Source of the DNA: Synechococcus sp.
Lineage (GTDB): Bacteria > Cyanobacteriota > Cyanobacteriia > PCC-6307 > Cyanobiaceae
Assembly: GCA_047285535.1 (NCBI GenBank)
Contig: JBJBDC010000001.1
Location: 2,464,136-2,528,135, forward strand
Length of the DNA stretch: 64,000 nt
Reading direction: 5' to 3'
Made by a program: the position numbers and the translations under genes. Below, piece after piece: positions 18,810 through 28,182 of the stretch; position 1 is the first letter of the stretch, and every line of letters begins with the position of its first letter. The notes beneath the pieces were generated by a model. That model searched no databases. It was not told where the DNA came from and worked only from the letters and a program-made list of their open reading frames with translations.

Positions 18810-20009
18810 TTGGGACATGGGGAGGCTGAGTCAACATCGCGACGGGGTTGGGAGCTGAAAGAGGGTCTCGGGATGCATCAATGCAATGCCGTTGGTCCTC
18901 TACCCGCCAAAGTCAGCACAACGTTGTTGATTAGCCAAGTGCTTCGTCTGCTGCACTCGCGTTGGTTGTGGCTACCGCTTGTTGCCATCAACTTGTGGGC
19001 TGCCCAGAGCCTGATTAAAGGCTTGGGACCGATTCCGGTGATGTTGATCACGGCGGCGTTGCTGGCGTTCATTCTTGCTCAGCCTGTGGCGTTATTGATG
19101 GCCTGGGGGTTAAGGCGCTCGGTTGCACTTGCAATCGTTCTGGGGGTGATGGGTTGCGCCATGGTGGTCTTGGCTGGGCTCTTGATGCCCCTTTTCTTTG
19201 AACAGCTGCAGGCCCTGATCAGTGGCCTTCCGCTCTGGATTCAATCGGCGATCAGCAATCTGCAGCACCTTGACAAAAATTTGGATCGTTTTGGCGTCAC
19301 GGTCTCCCTGCAGCCATTACAGGACTGGCTGCGAGCGTTGCTTCAGCAGATGGCAGCACGGGTTGGTCTGGAGGGCCCGCGTCTTATCGGCTCCGGTTTG
19401 GGTGTCTTGCTCCATCTTGTCCTGGAGCTTTTTCTCGTGCTTTTTTTGCTGATGGGAGGTCGCTCTCAGGTGGAGTGGCTGCTGGGCTGGATAGCGGTTC
19501 AATCCAGAGAGCGATTGATCATCATCAGCGATCGGGTGCTACGCACCTATCTGTGGGGGTGGACGGTCACTGCTGTTCTCTACGGCATCGCTTTATGGCT
19601 GGTGTTGTGGCTCTTGAAGATTCCCTATGCCCTGGTATTTGCGGTGTTGGTCAGCGCCACCACTCTGGTGCCCTATGCCGGTGCGATTTCAATCCTTTTA
19701 CTTTCAGCTTTATTGATGCTTGTGGCTCCAGCAGAGGGACTGCGTTTTTTGCTCGGTGCGATCCTCACTGGCCAGGTGATGGATCACACGGTCTATCCCA
19801 TGTTGATGAACAGGATTTTTAGTTTCCCTCCGGTTTCGGTGATTTTGATTGTCTTGCTGGGAGGTCAGTTCTTCAGCTTGCTTGGTCTTCCGGCTGTTTT
19901 GGGATTGCTCTTGGCGCTTCCCATTGCTGCGACGTTGCGGGAGCTGCTTCAGGCCCCAGATCTAGGGAAACCTTCTTTCCCAGAATCTGAAGACCATATG
20001 TCGTCCTGA
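18810..20009 (+). CDS. AI-2E (PerM) family transporter; start probably downstream of 18810
   Basis: ALLAFILAQPV, LKIPYALVFAVLVSATTLVPYAG, VYPMLM, GLLLALPIAA. Confidence 0.85.
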   Translation: MGHGEAESTSRRGWELKEGLGMHQCNAVGPLPAKVSTTLLISQVLRLLHSRWLWLPLVAINLWAAQSLIKGLGPIPVMLITAALLAFILAQPVALLMAWGLRRSVALAIVLGVMGCAMVVLAGLLMPLFFEQLQALISGLPLWIQSAISNLQHLDKNLDRFGVTVSLQPLQDWLRALLQQMAARVGLEGPRLIGSGLGVLLHLVLELFLVLFLLMGGRSQVEWLLGWIAVQSRERLIIISDRVLRTYLWGWTVTAVLYGIALWLVLWLLKIPYALVFAVLVSATTLVPYAGAISILLLSALLMLVAPAEGLRFLLGAILTGQVMDHTVYPMLMNRIFSFPPVSVILIVLLGGQFFSLLGLPAVLGLLLALPIAATLRELLQAPDLGKPSFPESEDHMSS

Positions 20010-20026
20010 GCTCGTTTTGGTTCCAA

Positions 20027-21451
20027 TCAGAACCTTTCGATGATCGCTTCAGCAAAGCCACTACAGCTCACTGGATCCACTTTGGGTTCCATCAAGCGGG
20101 CAAGGTCATAGGTGACCTGCTTGTCCTTAATGGCTGCGCTGAGCCCTTTGGTGATGAGATCAGCAGCCTCCTGCCAACCCAGGAACTCCAGCATCATCAC
20201 GCCACTCAAGATCACTGAACCTGGGTTGATTCGATCCAGTCCCGCATGCTTAGGCGCTGTGCCATGGGTGGCCTCAAAGATGGCGGCGGTTTCGCCGATG
20301 TTGGCCCCTGGAGCCATGCCAAGACCTCCCACCATCGCGGCAGCGGCATCGGAGATGTAGTCGCCGTTGAGGTTGAGGGTGGCTAAAATTGAATACTCCT
20401 GAGGCCGGGTTTGGATCTGCTGGAAGATGCTGTCGGCGATGCGGTCATCCACTAACACCATGCTTTTCCATTTTCCGTAGCCGTGGCTTTCGCCAATCGC
20501 TGCGAGTACATCTCTCACTTCCGAATCGATCGCCTCTTTTTTTTCAGGCGTCAGGCTGTCGTAGCCAGGCTCAATCATGCGTGCATTGTCCTGGGCGCTG
20601 AGAGAGTGATCCCGATCGAGATTATCGAGAATCCAACTTTCTCGTTCCGTGATGCAAACATCGCGGAATTCAGTGGTGGCTAGCTCATAGCCCCAGTCGC
20701 GGAAAGCTCCTTCCGTGAACTTCATGATGTTGCCTTTGTGCACCAGCGTGACGTGACGCTTGTTTCCTTCCAAGCGCAGGGCGTGTTGGATGGCTTTGCG
20801 GATGTGGCGTTGGCTGCCGTGTTTGCTCACGGGCTTGATCCCGATGCCGGATCCATCTGGGATCTGTCGCTTGCCGAGCTTGCCGTTCGCGGGAATGACC
20901 ACCTCATTGAGATGCTTGCGCAGCTCTTGGCCGATCGGGTCGTCTGCTTCCCACTCAACTCCCATGTAGATGTCTTCGGTGTTTTCCCGATACACAATCA
21001 CGTCTAAATCTTCTGGATGCTTGTGCGGGCTTGGTGTGCCTTCGTAATAGCGGCAAGGGCGGACGCAGGAATAGAGATCAAACAGCTGACGCAGTGCCAC
21101 ATTCAGAGAGCGGATGCCGCCACCGATGGGTGTGGTGAGCGGTCCTTTTATGGCCACTCCATAGCTGCGGATCGCTTGAAGGGTGTCCTCAGGAAGATAT
21201 TGATACGTGCCATACAGGTCGCAGGCTTCATCGCCGGCATAGACCTTGAACCACTCGATGGTTTTTTCGTCGTTGTATGCCTTAGCAACGGCAGCATCCA
21301 GCACTTTTTGGGTTGCAGGCCATATGTCAACACCTGTGCCGTCGCCACGGATGAAAGGAATGATCGGGTTCTTGGCCACCACGGGTTGGCCATTTTCGAA
21401 GCGGATTGGGGTGCCCTTTGTGGGGGCAGTGAGCTTCTCAAACTGAGCCAT
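20027..21451 (-). CDS. icd: NADP-dependent isocitrate dehydrogenase
   Basis: [52 protein letters not shown]. Confidence 0.98.
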   Translation of the reverse strand: MAQFEKLTAPTKGTPIRFENGQPVVAKNPIIPFIRGDGTGVDIWPATQKVLDAAVAKAYNDEKTIEWFKVYAGDEACDLYGTYQYLPEDTLQAIRSYGVAIKGPLTTPIGGGIRSLNVALRQLFDLYSCVRPCRYYEGTPSPHKHPEDLDVIVYRENTEDIYMGVEWEADDPIGQELRKHLNEVVIPANGKLGKRQIPDGSGIGIKPVSKHGSQRHIRKAIQHALRLEGNKRHVTLVHKGNIMKFTEGAFRDWGYELATTEFRDVCITERESWILDNLDRDHSLSAQDNARMIEPGYDSLTPEKKEAIDSEVRDVLAAIGESHGYGKWKSMVLVDDRIADSIFQQIQTRPQEYSILATLNLNGDYISDAAAAMVGGLGMAPGANIGETAAIFEATHGTAPKHAGLDRINPGSVILSGVMMLEFLGWQEAADLITKGLSAAIKDKQVTYDLARLMEPKVDPVSCSGFAEAIIERF

Positions 21452-21554
21452 AGCTTTTTGATGCCGCCGCGCGGCTTTATTCCTAAGAGGAGCCTATGAC
21501 TCAGAGTCTCGAGGTCGATCTCTACAGTTCGACCTGACCTACCTTTCGCGACCG

Positions 21555-22505
21555 ATGTCGAAACCACTAGGTGTGTGGGTAGTAGCTGCTTGTTTCAACG
21601 AGCAAACAGTGATTACTGATTTCATCGAGCGTGTGGTTGCTCTGCCAGAGGTGGAACGCTTAGTGCTCATTGATGATGGATCCACTGATTCCACTGTGGA
21701 TCAAATTCGTAGTTGGCAAGATCGACAAGCTGATCGTTGTCAAACAGCATCGTTGACACTGTTAGAACTCACGCGCAACTTCGGCAAAGAAGCAGCAATG
21801 CTGGCTGGATTGGACTATGCCCGAGGCCAATGTGCTGCATTGGTGCTAATTGATTCAGACCTTCAGCATCCACCTGAGCTGATCTTGGACATGGTGGAGC
21901 AATGGCGTAATGGTGCGGAGGTGGTTACAGCGGTTCGTGATGATCGTGATCAGGAATCTCGCTTAAAGGTCGCAAGTGCGTCCTGGTTTTACCGAGTCTT
22001 TAACAAGCTCGTAGACTCCATTCAACTTAAGGAGGGCGCTGGGGACTATCGGCTGTTGTCTAGTCCTGTAATCGACGCCCTAACTAGCCTGAGGGAATCA
22101 AGCCGCTTTTCTAAAGGACTTTTGCCTTGGACAGGATTTTGTAGCGTTGAACTCCCTTATCAGCGTGTCAATCGTATTGGCGGCAAGACCTCATGGAGTC
22201 CACTCAAGCTTTGGGGTTATGCGTTAGACGGTATTTTTTCATTTTCAGTGCTGCCTCTAAAGGTGTGGACAGTAATCGGAGTATTGGTTTCACTGATGAG
22301 CATGGTTTATGCACTTGTGATCTTGCTGGATACCTTGTTGACTGGAATTGATGCTCCTGGTTTCGCAAGTTTGATTGTGGCAATTCTTTTCCTTGGTGGT
22401 ATTCAACTGATTGGAATTGGAGTTCTTGGTGAATATATCGGTAGGATTTATGTAGAGTCCAAGGCAAGGCCGCATTATTTTGTCCGCAATGTTTATGAGG
22501 CCTAG
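21555..22505 (+). CDS. GT2 polyprenyl-phosphate glycosyltransferase (GtrB/ArnC-like)
   Basis: DDGSTD, LTRNFGKEAAMLAGL, DSDLQHPPE, two C-terminal TMs, GEYIGRIYVESKARPHY. Confidence 0.92.
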   Translation: MSKPLGVWVVAACFNEQTVITDFIERVVALPEVERLVLIDDGSTDSTVDQIRSWQDRQADRCQTASLTLLELTRNFGKEAAMLAGLDYARGQCAALVLIDSDLQHPPELILDMVEQWRNGAEVVTAVRDDRDQESRLKVASASWFYRVFNKLVDSIQLKEGAGDYRLLSSPVIDALTSLRESSRFSKGLLPWTGFCSVELPYQRVNRIGGKTSWSPLKLWGYALDGIFSFSVLPLKVWTVIGVLVSLMSMVYALVILLDTLLTGIDAPGFASLIVAILFLGGIQLIGIGVLGEYIGRIYVESKARPHYFVRNVYEA

Positions 22506-22522
22506 GACGCTCTGTATAATAT

Positions 22523-24439
22523 TTAAAAATTATTTTGTTTTGCGGGTTGGATCTCGGAATTGATTTTGTTTATTTCAAAAATTTGGCCGTTGACTCTATT
22601 TGTCTTTTGATGATTAAAGCCATAGATTAAATTTAGATAGTGAGCAGGTATTTCTGGATACATTCTTTCTTCATTTGTCCTGTCAATATTAATAAAAAAA
22701 TCACCCTGTTTGGGACTGTATGTTGAATCTGATGATTCTCCAGTTCCGTCCTTGATTTTGAAGGTATTTGTTTCCGGATTCCACTCAATAAGTGCATTGT
22801 AGCGGAGACGATTTAAATGCCTTGACTCGCTAAACCAAGAATCTTTGCTGTAGATAAGATTGACTTGGCGCCCTTGGTCTATGTGCTTTCTTGTAAGTTT
22901 ATCTAGTGTATCATAAGTTTCTTCCCATGAATTATGAAGCTCATGAACCCTTGAGGCGTGACCATAAAAAGATGTTTGAGTATCAATATGCTCTAATCCG
23001 ACTATCAATATGCTTCCACCAACGCCAATAGCATTGATAATTTCTTTTCTTTTTGTTTTGCTATTTAGTTGGCCTGAGACCAGGGTCCATACCCATAAAA
23101 TATTTAATACAGATGCGAATACGAACGGCAAGTATAGATAGCTATAGCCCTCAATGCTTATGAGAAAATAGAGAGCGATTGCGTAAAGAATTGACGCAAA
23201 ATTGATGGCATCTAAAAGATTGGCTTTCATTTTTCCCATCAGAATTAATCCGTATCTGATGCTCGCTATTGAGGCTAGAATCCAGAACCTGAGATCGGGA
23301 TTGAAAATGCTTGTTTTGGATTTATCGGCGTAAGACTCATTGGCTAAATATGTACTCGGGATAAGAGATAAAAATATATATGTGATCGCAAATATTAAAA
23401 ATAGATAGCATAGCCACAGCTCTAGCTTGTTGTGGCTGTAAAAATTTTCCCATCTTGCCTTCCATGTGTTTGTGTTGAGTTGCTTTATGGAAGTATTTTG
23501 CTCATCTTCCCAGAGTGACGTCATCCTAAAGATAATGATCAAGACGGGCGGCGCTATGAATAAAATAAAAGCTATGTCTTTGAAGAAAATTCCCAAAATC
23601 GCTACTATAATTGATACGTAAAAGGAAGTCTGGTCCCTGTCCCTTTGATAGTTTAACAATGATATGCAGTAAATCGAAAAAAGAAAGGTCACCATTCTCT
23701 CTGCAAAATGAAGCTGAAAAAATGCATTGCCAACTGAAGCGTTGAATAATAGTAGGATTGATGAGATAAGGAGGAGTGAGGGTATGTTTTTTCGGAAGCT
23801 AATTCGCTCAATCAAGCGCTTGCTTAGAATGACGATGGTTATGAGTTCAGCTGCACTTGCTAGCATGAAAACTTTTACATAAGGGGTAAACCAGCTAAGG
23901 ATGTGTAGGTCTTGATGCGCGAGAGGGAATAATCTGTAGTCGGTTCGACGCAATGTTTCATTTACAAATTCGTATCTGATTGAAAAATTGTTTAATAAAT
24001 TGTTTTCGAAAAGTTCTTTCATCCACCCCATCAGTTCGCCGTGAAACCAAGTGGCTTCATGCAGGAGAACAATTGTGTATGCAGCGAATATGGTTGTGGA
24101 AATTGGATTCTTTCTTATAAATACCAGAGGCCTTGTGCCAAAAGGTTTGTTTTTTGGATCGTGTGTTGGTGATTTTGAATTTGCGACTATAGCTTTTTGC
24201 GTTAGCGTTAAAATGACTATCAGAAGTATAATTAAAAAGCTGTCGTAAGCGATTCCCAGGTATTGGCCTGCCAAGTCTTTTCCTGCTTGAGAATCTGGAT
24301 CGGGCAGAAGTTGTCTATTGTTTTGAATCCAAAGCCAAATACCCAGCCCGAAAGCACAAATTAATGTGGATATCAATGTTGTTTTTAATAACAATGTATC
24401 CCGTTCGTTATGGGTGTTGGTTTTATCAGCCTTGTTCAT
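22523..24439 (-). CDS. multi-pass membrane protein, putative GT-C-fold transferase
   Basis: About 12 TM segments plus a soluble C-terminal domain; YRLFPL loop and FFKD motif; neighbours gtrA- and gtrB-like genes. Confidence 0.6.
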   Translation of the reverse strand: MNKADKTNTHNERDTLLLKTTLISTLICAFGLGIWLWIQNNRQLLPDPDSQAGKDLAGQYLGIAYDSFLIILLIVILTLTQKAIVANSKSPTHDPKNKPFGTRPLVFIRKNPISTTIFAAYTIVLLHEATWFHGELMGWMKELFENNLLNNFSIRYEFVNETLRRTDYRLFPLAHQDLHILSWFTPYVKVFMLASAAELITIVILSKRLIERISFRKNIPSLLLISSILLLFNASVGNAFFQLHFAERMVTFLFSIYCISLLNYQRDRDQTSFYVSIIVAILGIFFKDIAFILFIAPPVLIIIFRMTSLWEDEQNTSIKQLNTNTWKARWENFYSHNKLELWLCYLFLIFAITYIFLSLIPSTYLANESYADKSKTSIFNPDLRFWILASIASIRYGLILMGKMKANLLDAINFASILYAIALYFLISIEGYSYLYLPFVFASVLNILWVWTLVSGQLNSKTKRKEIINAIGVGGSILIVGLEHIDTQTSFYGHASRVHELHNSWEETYDTLDKLTRKHIDQGRQVNLIYSKDSWFSESRHLNRLRYNALIEWNPETNTFKIKDGTGESSDSTYSPKQGDFFINIDRTNEERMYPEIPAHYLNLIYGFNHQKTNRVNGQIFEINKINSEIQPAKQNNF

Positions 24440-25692
24440 GGATTCTGTGTGTGTTGGATCATGTTAAGTAGGGCATCCCTTTCTAATTGGCGATAGTTTG
24501 ATGATGCGAAAGAATGAGATAGTTTAAAACCTTCTGCTGTAAGGTCGGTATTGAGAGGTGCGCTTGGATGAGCCAGAATGATAGGAGGTGTTTCCTGCTT
24601 GGATAAATCAGGCTGCTTGCACAGAATGTTCCACGCTGCTTGAAGAGGTACCGTTGTCATCTGGCCTGTAAAAATCACACCGGCAAAGCTACTATTTGTA
24701 GCGATCTTTTGCCTTTTTATGCGAATGCTGGCGATTTGGCTTAATACCTGAAGAATGATCCATTTTAGGAGGCCTGCCCTTCGCCAAGCATCCCACCAGT
24801 AACTAAGGGGAATACCAGTTGGTAGTGGCTCTCTTGTCGTTCTGATCCAAGTGATATTTACTGTTTTGCTGTGCTCGAGGATGACATCTAGGACCATGGG
24901 TACAAGATGAATGTGCTGATGACCATCGATGAAAATTTCACGATGGCCAGTCATCTTTTGATACAGTTTGAGTTGACTACCTATTTCATGGCGTAGAGCT
25001 CTCTTGAGTCTCTTGTGGAGTGGATATCCTGAAGGAAGTAATGACGCTAAGAGCCATTGCCCAAAACTAATCTGTAAGTGACCTCTTGAATTGATTAAGC
25101 TTTTGATTAAATTTTGAGAGGCTGTTGCAGGTCCTTCTGTGAGGCATAGATGAAGACATAGATGCAAGCCATCATTTTCTGCTTCGAGCACTTTCCATTC
25201 CTTGATACCTTGTTCTGCAGCTGACCCATTGACCAGCAGACTGGTACCAGTTAAATATCCTTTGCGAGATAATTGAAGAATTGCTTGATTGGTTTCGTGA
25301 CTTAGCCCAAGGTCGTCTGCATGGATTCTTGGGACTGGTCCCGGTCGACGAAAAAGAGCGCTGAATTTAGCGGCTTGTGACCAGATGAAGGCATTTAATG
25401 CTGTAGGTGTAAAAATAAGTATCCCAATCTTGACCGCATTTGGAAAAAAGACAGGAAGCGTTAGAGGGAGTATTCCGCAAACTGTCAGATTCAGGCTGTA
25501 TTGGATAGCGAGCCATCGCTTCGCGAAGTTTCTTCCTTCAGTTTCTTTTCGAAATGCATATCTGGCATGACCATAATAGCCTGTCAATGATGCTAAAAGA
25601 AAAGCGACTGGATTCGCAATCCAGATTGGCATGATCCGCACCAAAAATATTAATGCAGCTCCGTGGACGACAGCCGCGACAATGCCAATCAA
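24436..25692 (-). CDS. GtrA-like flippase fused to YdjC/ChbG/HpnK-family deacetylase
   Basis: N-terminal 4-TM segment (ANPVAFLLASLTGYYGHARYAF); C-terminal HADDLG, HLCL, IDGHQHIH; the frame stays open about 90 nt upstream of TTG 25692. Confidence 0.82.
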   Translation of the reverse strand: MIGIVAAVVHGAALIFLVRIMPIWIANPVAFLLASLTGYYGHARYAFRKETEGRNFAKRWLAIQYSLNLTVCGILPLTLPVFFPNAVKIGILIFTPTALNAFIWSQAAKFSALFRRPGPVPRIHADDLGLSHETNQAILQLSRKGYLTGTSLLVNGSAAEQGIKEWKVLEAENDGLHLCLHLCLTEGPATASQNLIKSLINSRGHLQISFGQWLLASLLPSGYPLHKRLKRALRHEIGSQLKLYQKMTGHREIFIDGHQHIHLVPMVLDVILEHSKTVNITWIRTTREPLPTGIPLSYWWDAWRRAGLLKWIILQVLSQIASIRIKRQKIATNSSFAGVIFTGQMTTVPLQAAWNILCKQPDLSKQETPPIILAHPSAPLNTDLTAEGFKLSHSFASSNYRQLERDALLNMIQHTQNP

Positions 25693-26338
25693 CGCATATA
25701 AGCTTGCTCGGGTGATGAGTGAAGTCAGGGATTTTGATTTTAAAGACTCAACATTAATGGTGATTGGACGCTTCTCGAGCTAACCTTCAAATATTGCCAA
25801 GAGTGATACACAACCTAATCGCCTCTGAATCGCTCAAACTGAAATTAGTCGAAACTTTTGCTACTGCTATTCCATTGTTGACGGGAGTATCGAGATGTTA
25901 TGGCTAATCTCGGACAATGGTGTAATGAGTTTCACTCAACTCTTGCTTGAGCTTAAAGGCCTGAATCTCTCTCTTCACTTTTCACGATGGCTCACCAATT
26001 TACCAGCTTGCAGCGATCCATCCTATTAGAGCATTGCTTTTAGGTCCTTTCAAGACACCGCTTTCGACATGTCCTTGGTGCCTTGCGTACTTCCTGAATG
26101 GTTTGTTTGAAGAGGGTGATCGGGTTGGCTGGAAACTTTGGGTGTCTGGCTTACGACGGGGAGTCCATCCATCCAGCATGGAGCGATTAAGTCAGTTGAA
26201 CGTAAGCAGGGGTGAGTTTTTGGGGCTTGTCAATTCGCCTGTATCTAAAGACGTCACTCCGTAACCCTTCGCAAAACTCCAAGGCTCTTCCCCCCATGCT
26301 GCTTTTAAGGTCAAGGGATCGCTATCTCCTTACTCTGA

Positions 26339-27052
26339 ATGTCTGTCGATCTTGCCTCTCAGCTCCGTGAAGGAACCAAGAAATCTCACACGATGGCTGA
26401 GAACACTGGCTTCGTTAGCTGCTTCCTCAAGGGTGTGGTGGACAAGCTCAGCTATCGCAAGCTCGTTGCGGATCTGTTTTTCGTTTATGAAGCGATGGAA
26501 GAGGAGATGCATAGGCTAAAAGAACATCCTGTGTTGGCTCCGATTGCTTTCGAACAGCTGGACCGAGTGTCAGCTCTTGAGGAAGACCTTGCCTTTTATT
26601 TCGGCTCAGACTGGCGTCAGGAAATCGAAGCATCGCCTTCTGCACAGGAGTACGTCAATCGGATTCGCGAGGTAGCTCAGACAGCCCCCGAATTGCTGGT
26701 TGGTCATCACTACACTCGCTACTTGGGGGATCTTTCCGGCGGTCAGATCCTGAAGAACATTGCTCAAAAGGCGATGAACAACCCCACAGATGATGGACTT
26801 CACTTTTATGTGTTTCCAGAGATTGAGGACGAAAAAGCTTTCAAAACCACCTATCGCTCTGCAATGAATGCATTGCCGATTGATCAGCCTATGGCCGATC
26901 GAATCGTTGAAGAAGCCAATCATGCCTTCCACCTCAATATGAAAATGTTTCAAGAGCTGGAAGGGAATTTGGTGGCCGCTATCGGTAAGGTCCTGTTTGG
27001 TTTCCTCACTCGCCGTCAGCGAACTGGAAGTACTGAGACTGTTGTGGCTTAA
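26339..27052 (+). CDS. ho1: ferredoxin-dependent heme oxygenase
   Basis: LREGTKKSHTMAENTGFV, HHYTRYLGDLSGGQIL. Confidence 0.96.
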   Translation: MSVDLASQLREGTKKSHTMAENTGFVSCFLKGVVDKLSYRKLVADLFFVYEAMEEEMHRLKEHPVLAPIAFEQLDRVSALEEDLAFYFGSDWRQEIEASPSAQEYVNRIREVAQTAPELLVGHHYTRYLGDLSGGQILKNIAQKAMNNPTDDGLHFYVFPEIEDEKAFKTTYRSAMNALPIDQPMADRIVEEANHAFHLNMKMFQELEGNLVAAIGKVLFGFLTRRQRTGSTETVVA

Positions 27053-27055
27053 GTT

Positions 27056-28126
27056 GTGCTCAAGTCCATTCGCGTACTGGTGCCAGGCACCAGTACGCGT
27101 TTTCGTTGTGGTGGGCTGAGCGTTGCATTGCAGACGGCTCGTTTGCTGAGCTCACTTCGTCCAACCGAGGTTGTGACGTACAGAGCAAGGGAACCCGCTC
27201 ATCCATATCTTGATGATTTGCTCCGGCTTGAGTCTTCTCCAGGTGATTCGCTATGGCTTGTGAGCTGGGGATTTGATGTTCCTGGCCTCTTAAAGCAGTT
27301 GCAGTTTAGAAAGGTGGCTTATCAAGCTCACAGCACTGGATATGGTTTCAACCTGCCACCTGCTGTGCCAGTTATCGCAGTTAGTCGGAATACTTTGGGC
27401 TATTGGGGTGACAGGGCCCCTCGCAATCCTTTATTCCTTGTACCTAACGCCTTAGATCCGCAGTGGCAGGAAAGAGGTAGGAGGAGGTGTGGCTCTACTC
27501 CTCCTAGAGTGGTAGACGTGCTCGTCCAGCAACGTAAGAGCAGCCCGTACGTGTTAAATCAACTTGTTCCTGCGCTACGCGCAAAGGGCTTGAACGTTCA
27601 AGTGCAGACAGGTTGGGTGGATGACTTAGTAGAGATGTTTAACAGTGCCACGGTCTATCTCTATGACACGGCGGAATATTGGCGCGGTCAAGGAGTCAGC
27701 GAGGGTTTTGGATTGCCGCCTCTTGAGGCGCTCTCGTGTGGGTGTGTTGTCTTCAGCAGTTTCAACCATGCGCTTGCTGACACCCTTTCTCCTGGTGAAA
27801 CGGCCTATCAAATTGGTCAGGGTTCATTAATGAATGATGTTGTACGTATCTGTTCAGCTGTGTCAGATCCAGAGCATTGGCGGCCAGATCCAGATATTCT
27901 TGATTGCCTGCTCTCCGATCATTCAGAAGCGATTTTTTGTGATCGTTGGCGACTCGTTTTAGATTATTTGGATGGCCAAGAAGAGCTAGGAGGTCTTGGG
28001 TTGGATCCCCAACACGCTTTGCGTTCTGCTTCCACAAGGCGGCTTCGCTGGCAGGCTCGGCTTAAAAAAATTAAGTCTTTGCTGGCCACAGGAGCCAATC
28101 GGTTGCCCGGCTGGCTGAGGGTTTAA
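27056..28126 (+). CDS. GT-B (GT4-like) glycosyltransferase
   Basis: EGFGLPPLEALSCG. Confidence 0.85.
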   Translation: MLKSIRVLVPGTSTRFRCGGLSVALQTARLLSSLRPTEVVTYRAREPAHPYLDDLLRLESSPGDSLWLVSWGFDVPGLLKQLQFRKVAYQAHSTGYGFNLPPAVPVIAVSRNTLGYWGDRAPRNPLFLVPNALDPQWQERGRRRCGSTPPRVVDVLVQQRKSSPYVLNQLVPALRAKGLNVQVQTGWVDDLVEMFNSATVYLYDTAEYWRGQGVSEGFGLPPLEALSCGCVVFSSFNHALADTLSPGETAYQIGQGSLMNDVVRICSAVSDPEHWRPDPDILDCLLSDHSEAIFCDRWRLVLDYLDGQEELGGLGLDPQHALRSASTRRLRWQARLKKIKSLLATGANRLPGWLRV

Positions 28127-28182
28127 TGATTGGTGTTCGTGTAGATCTAAAATCTAGATAAATAGCGGATGATTGGTCTGCC

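Noticed and set aside
20027..25760. Prophage integrated at icd carrying gtr genes
   Set aside because: No integrase, phage genes or duplicated icd end seen; the cassette is at the icd 5' side
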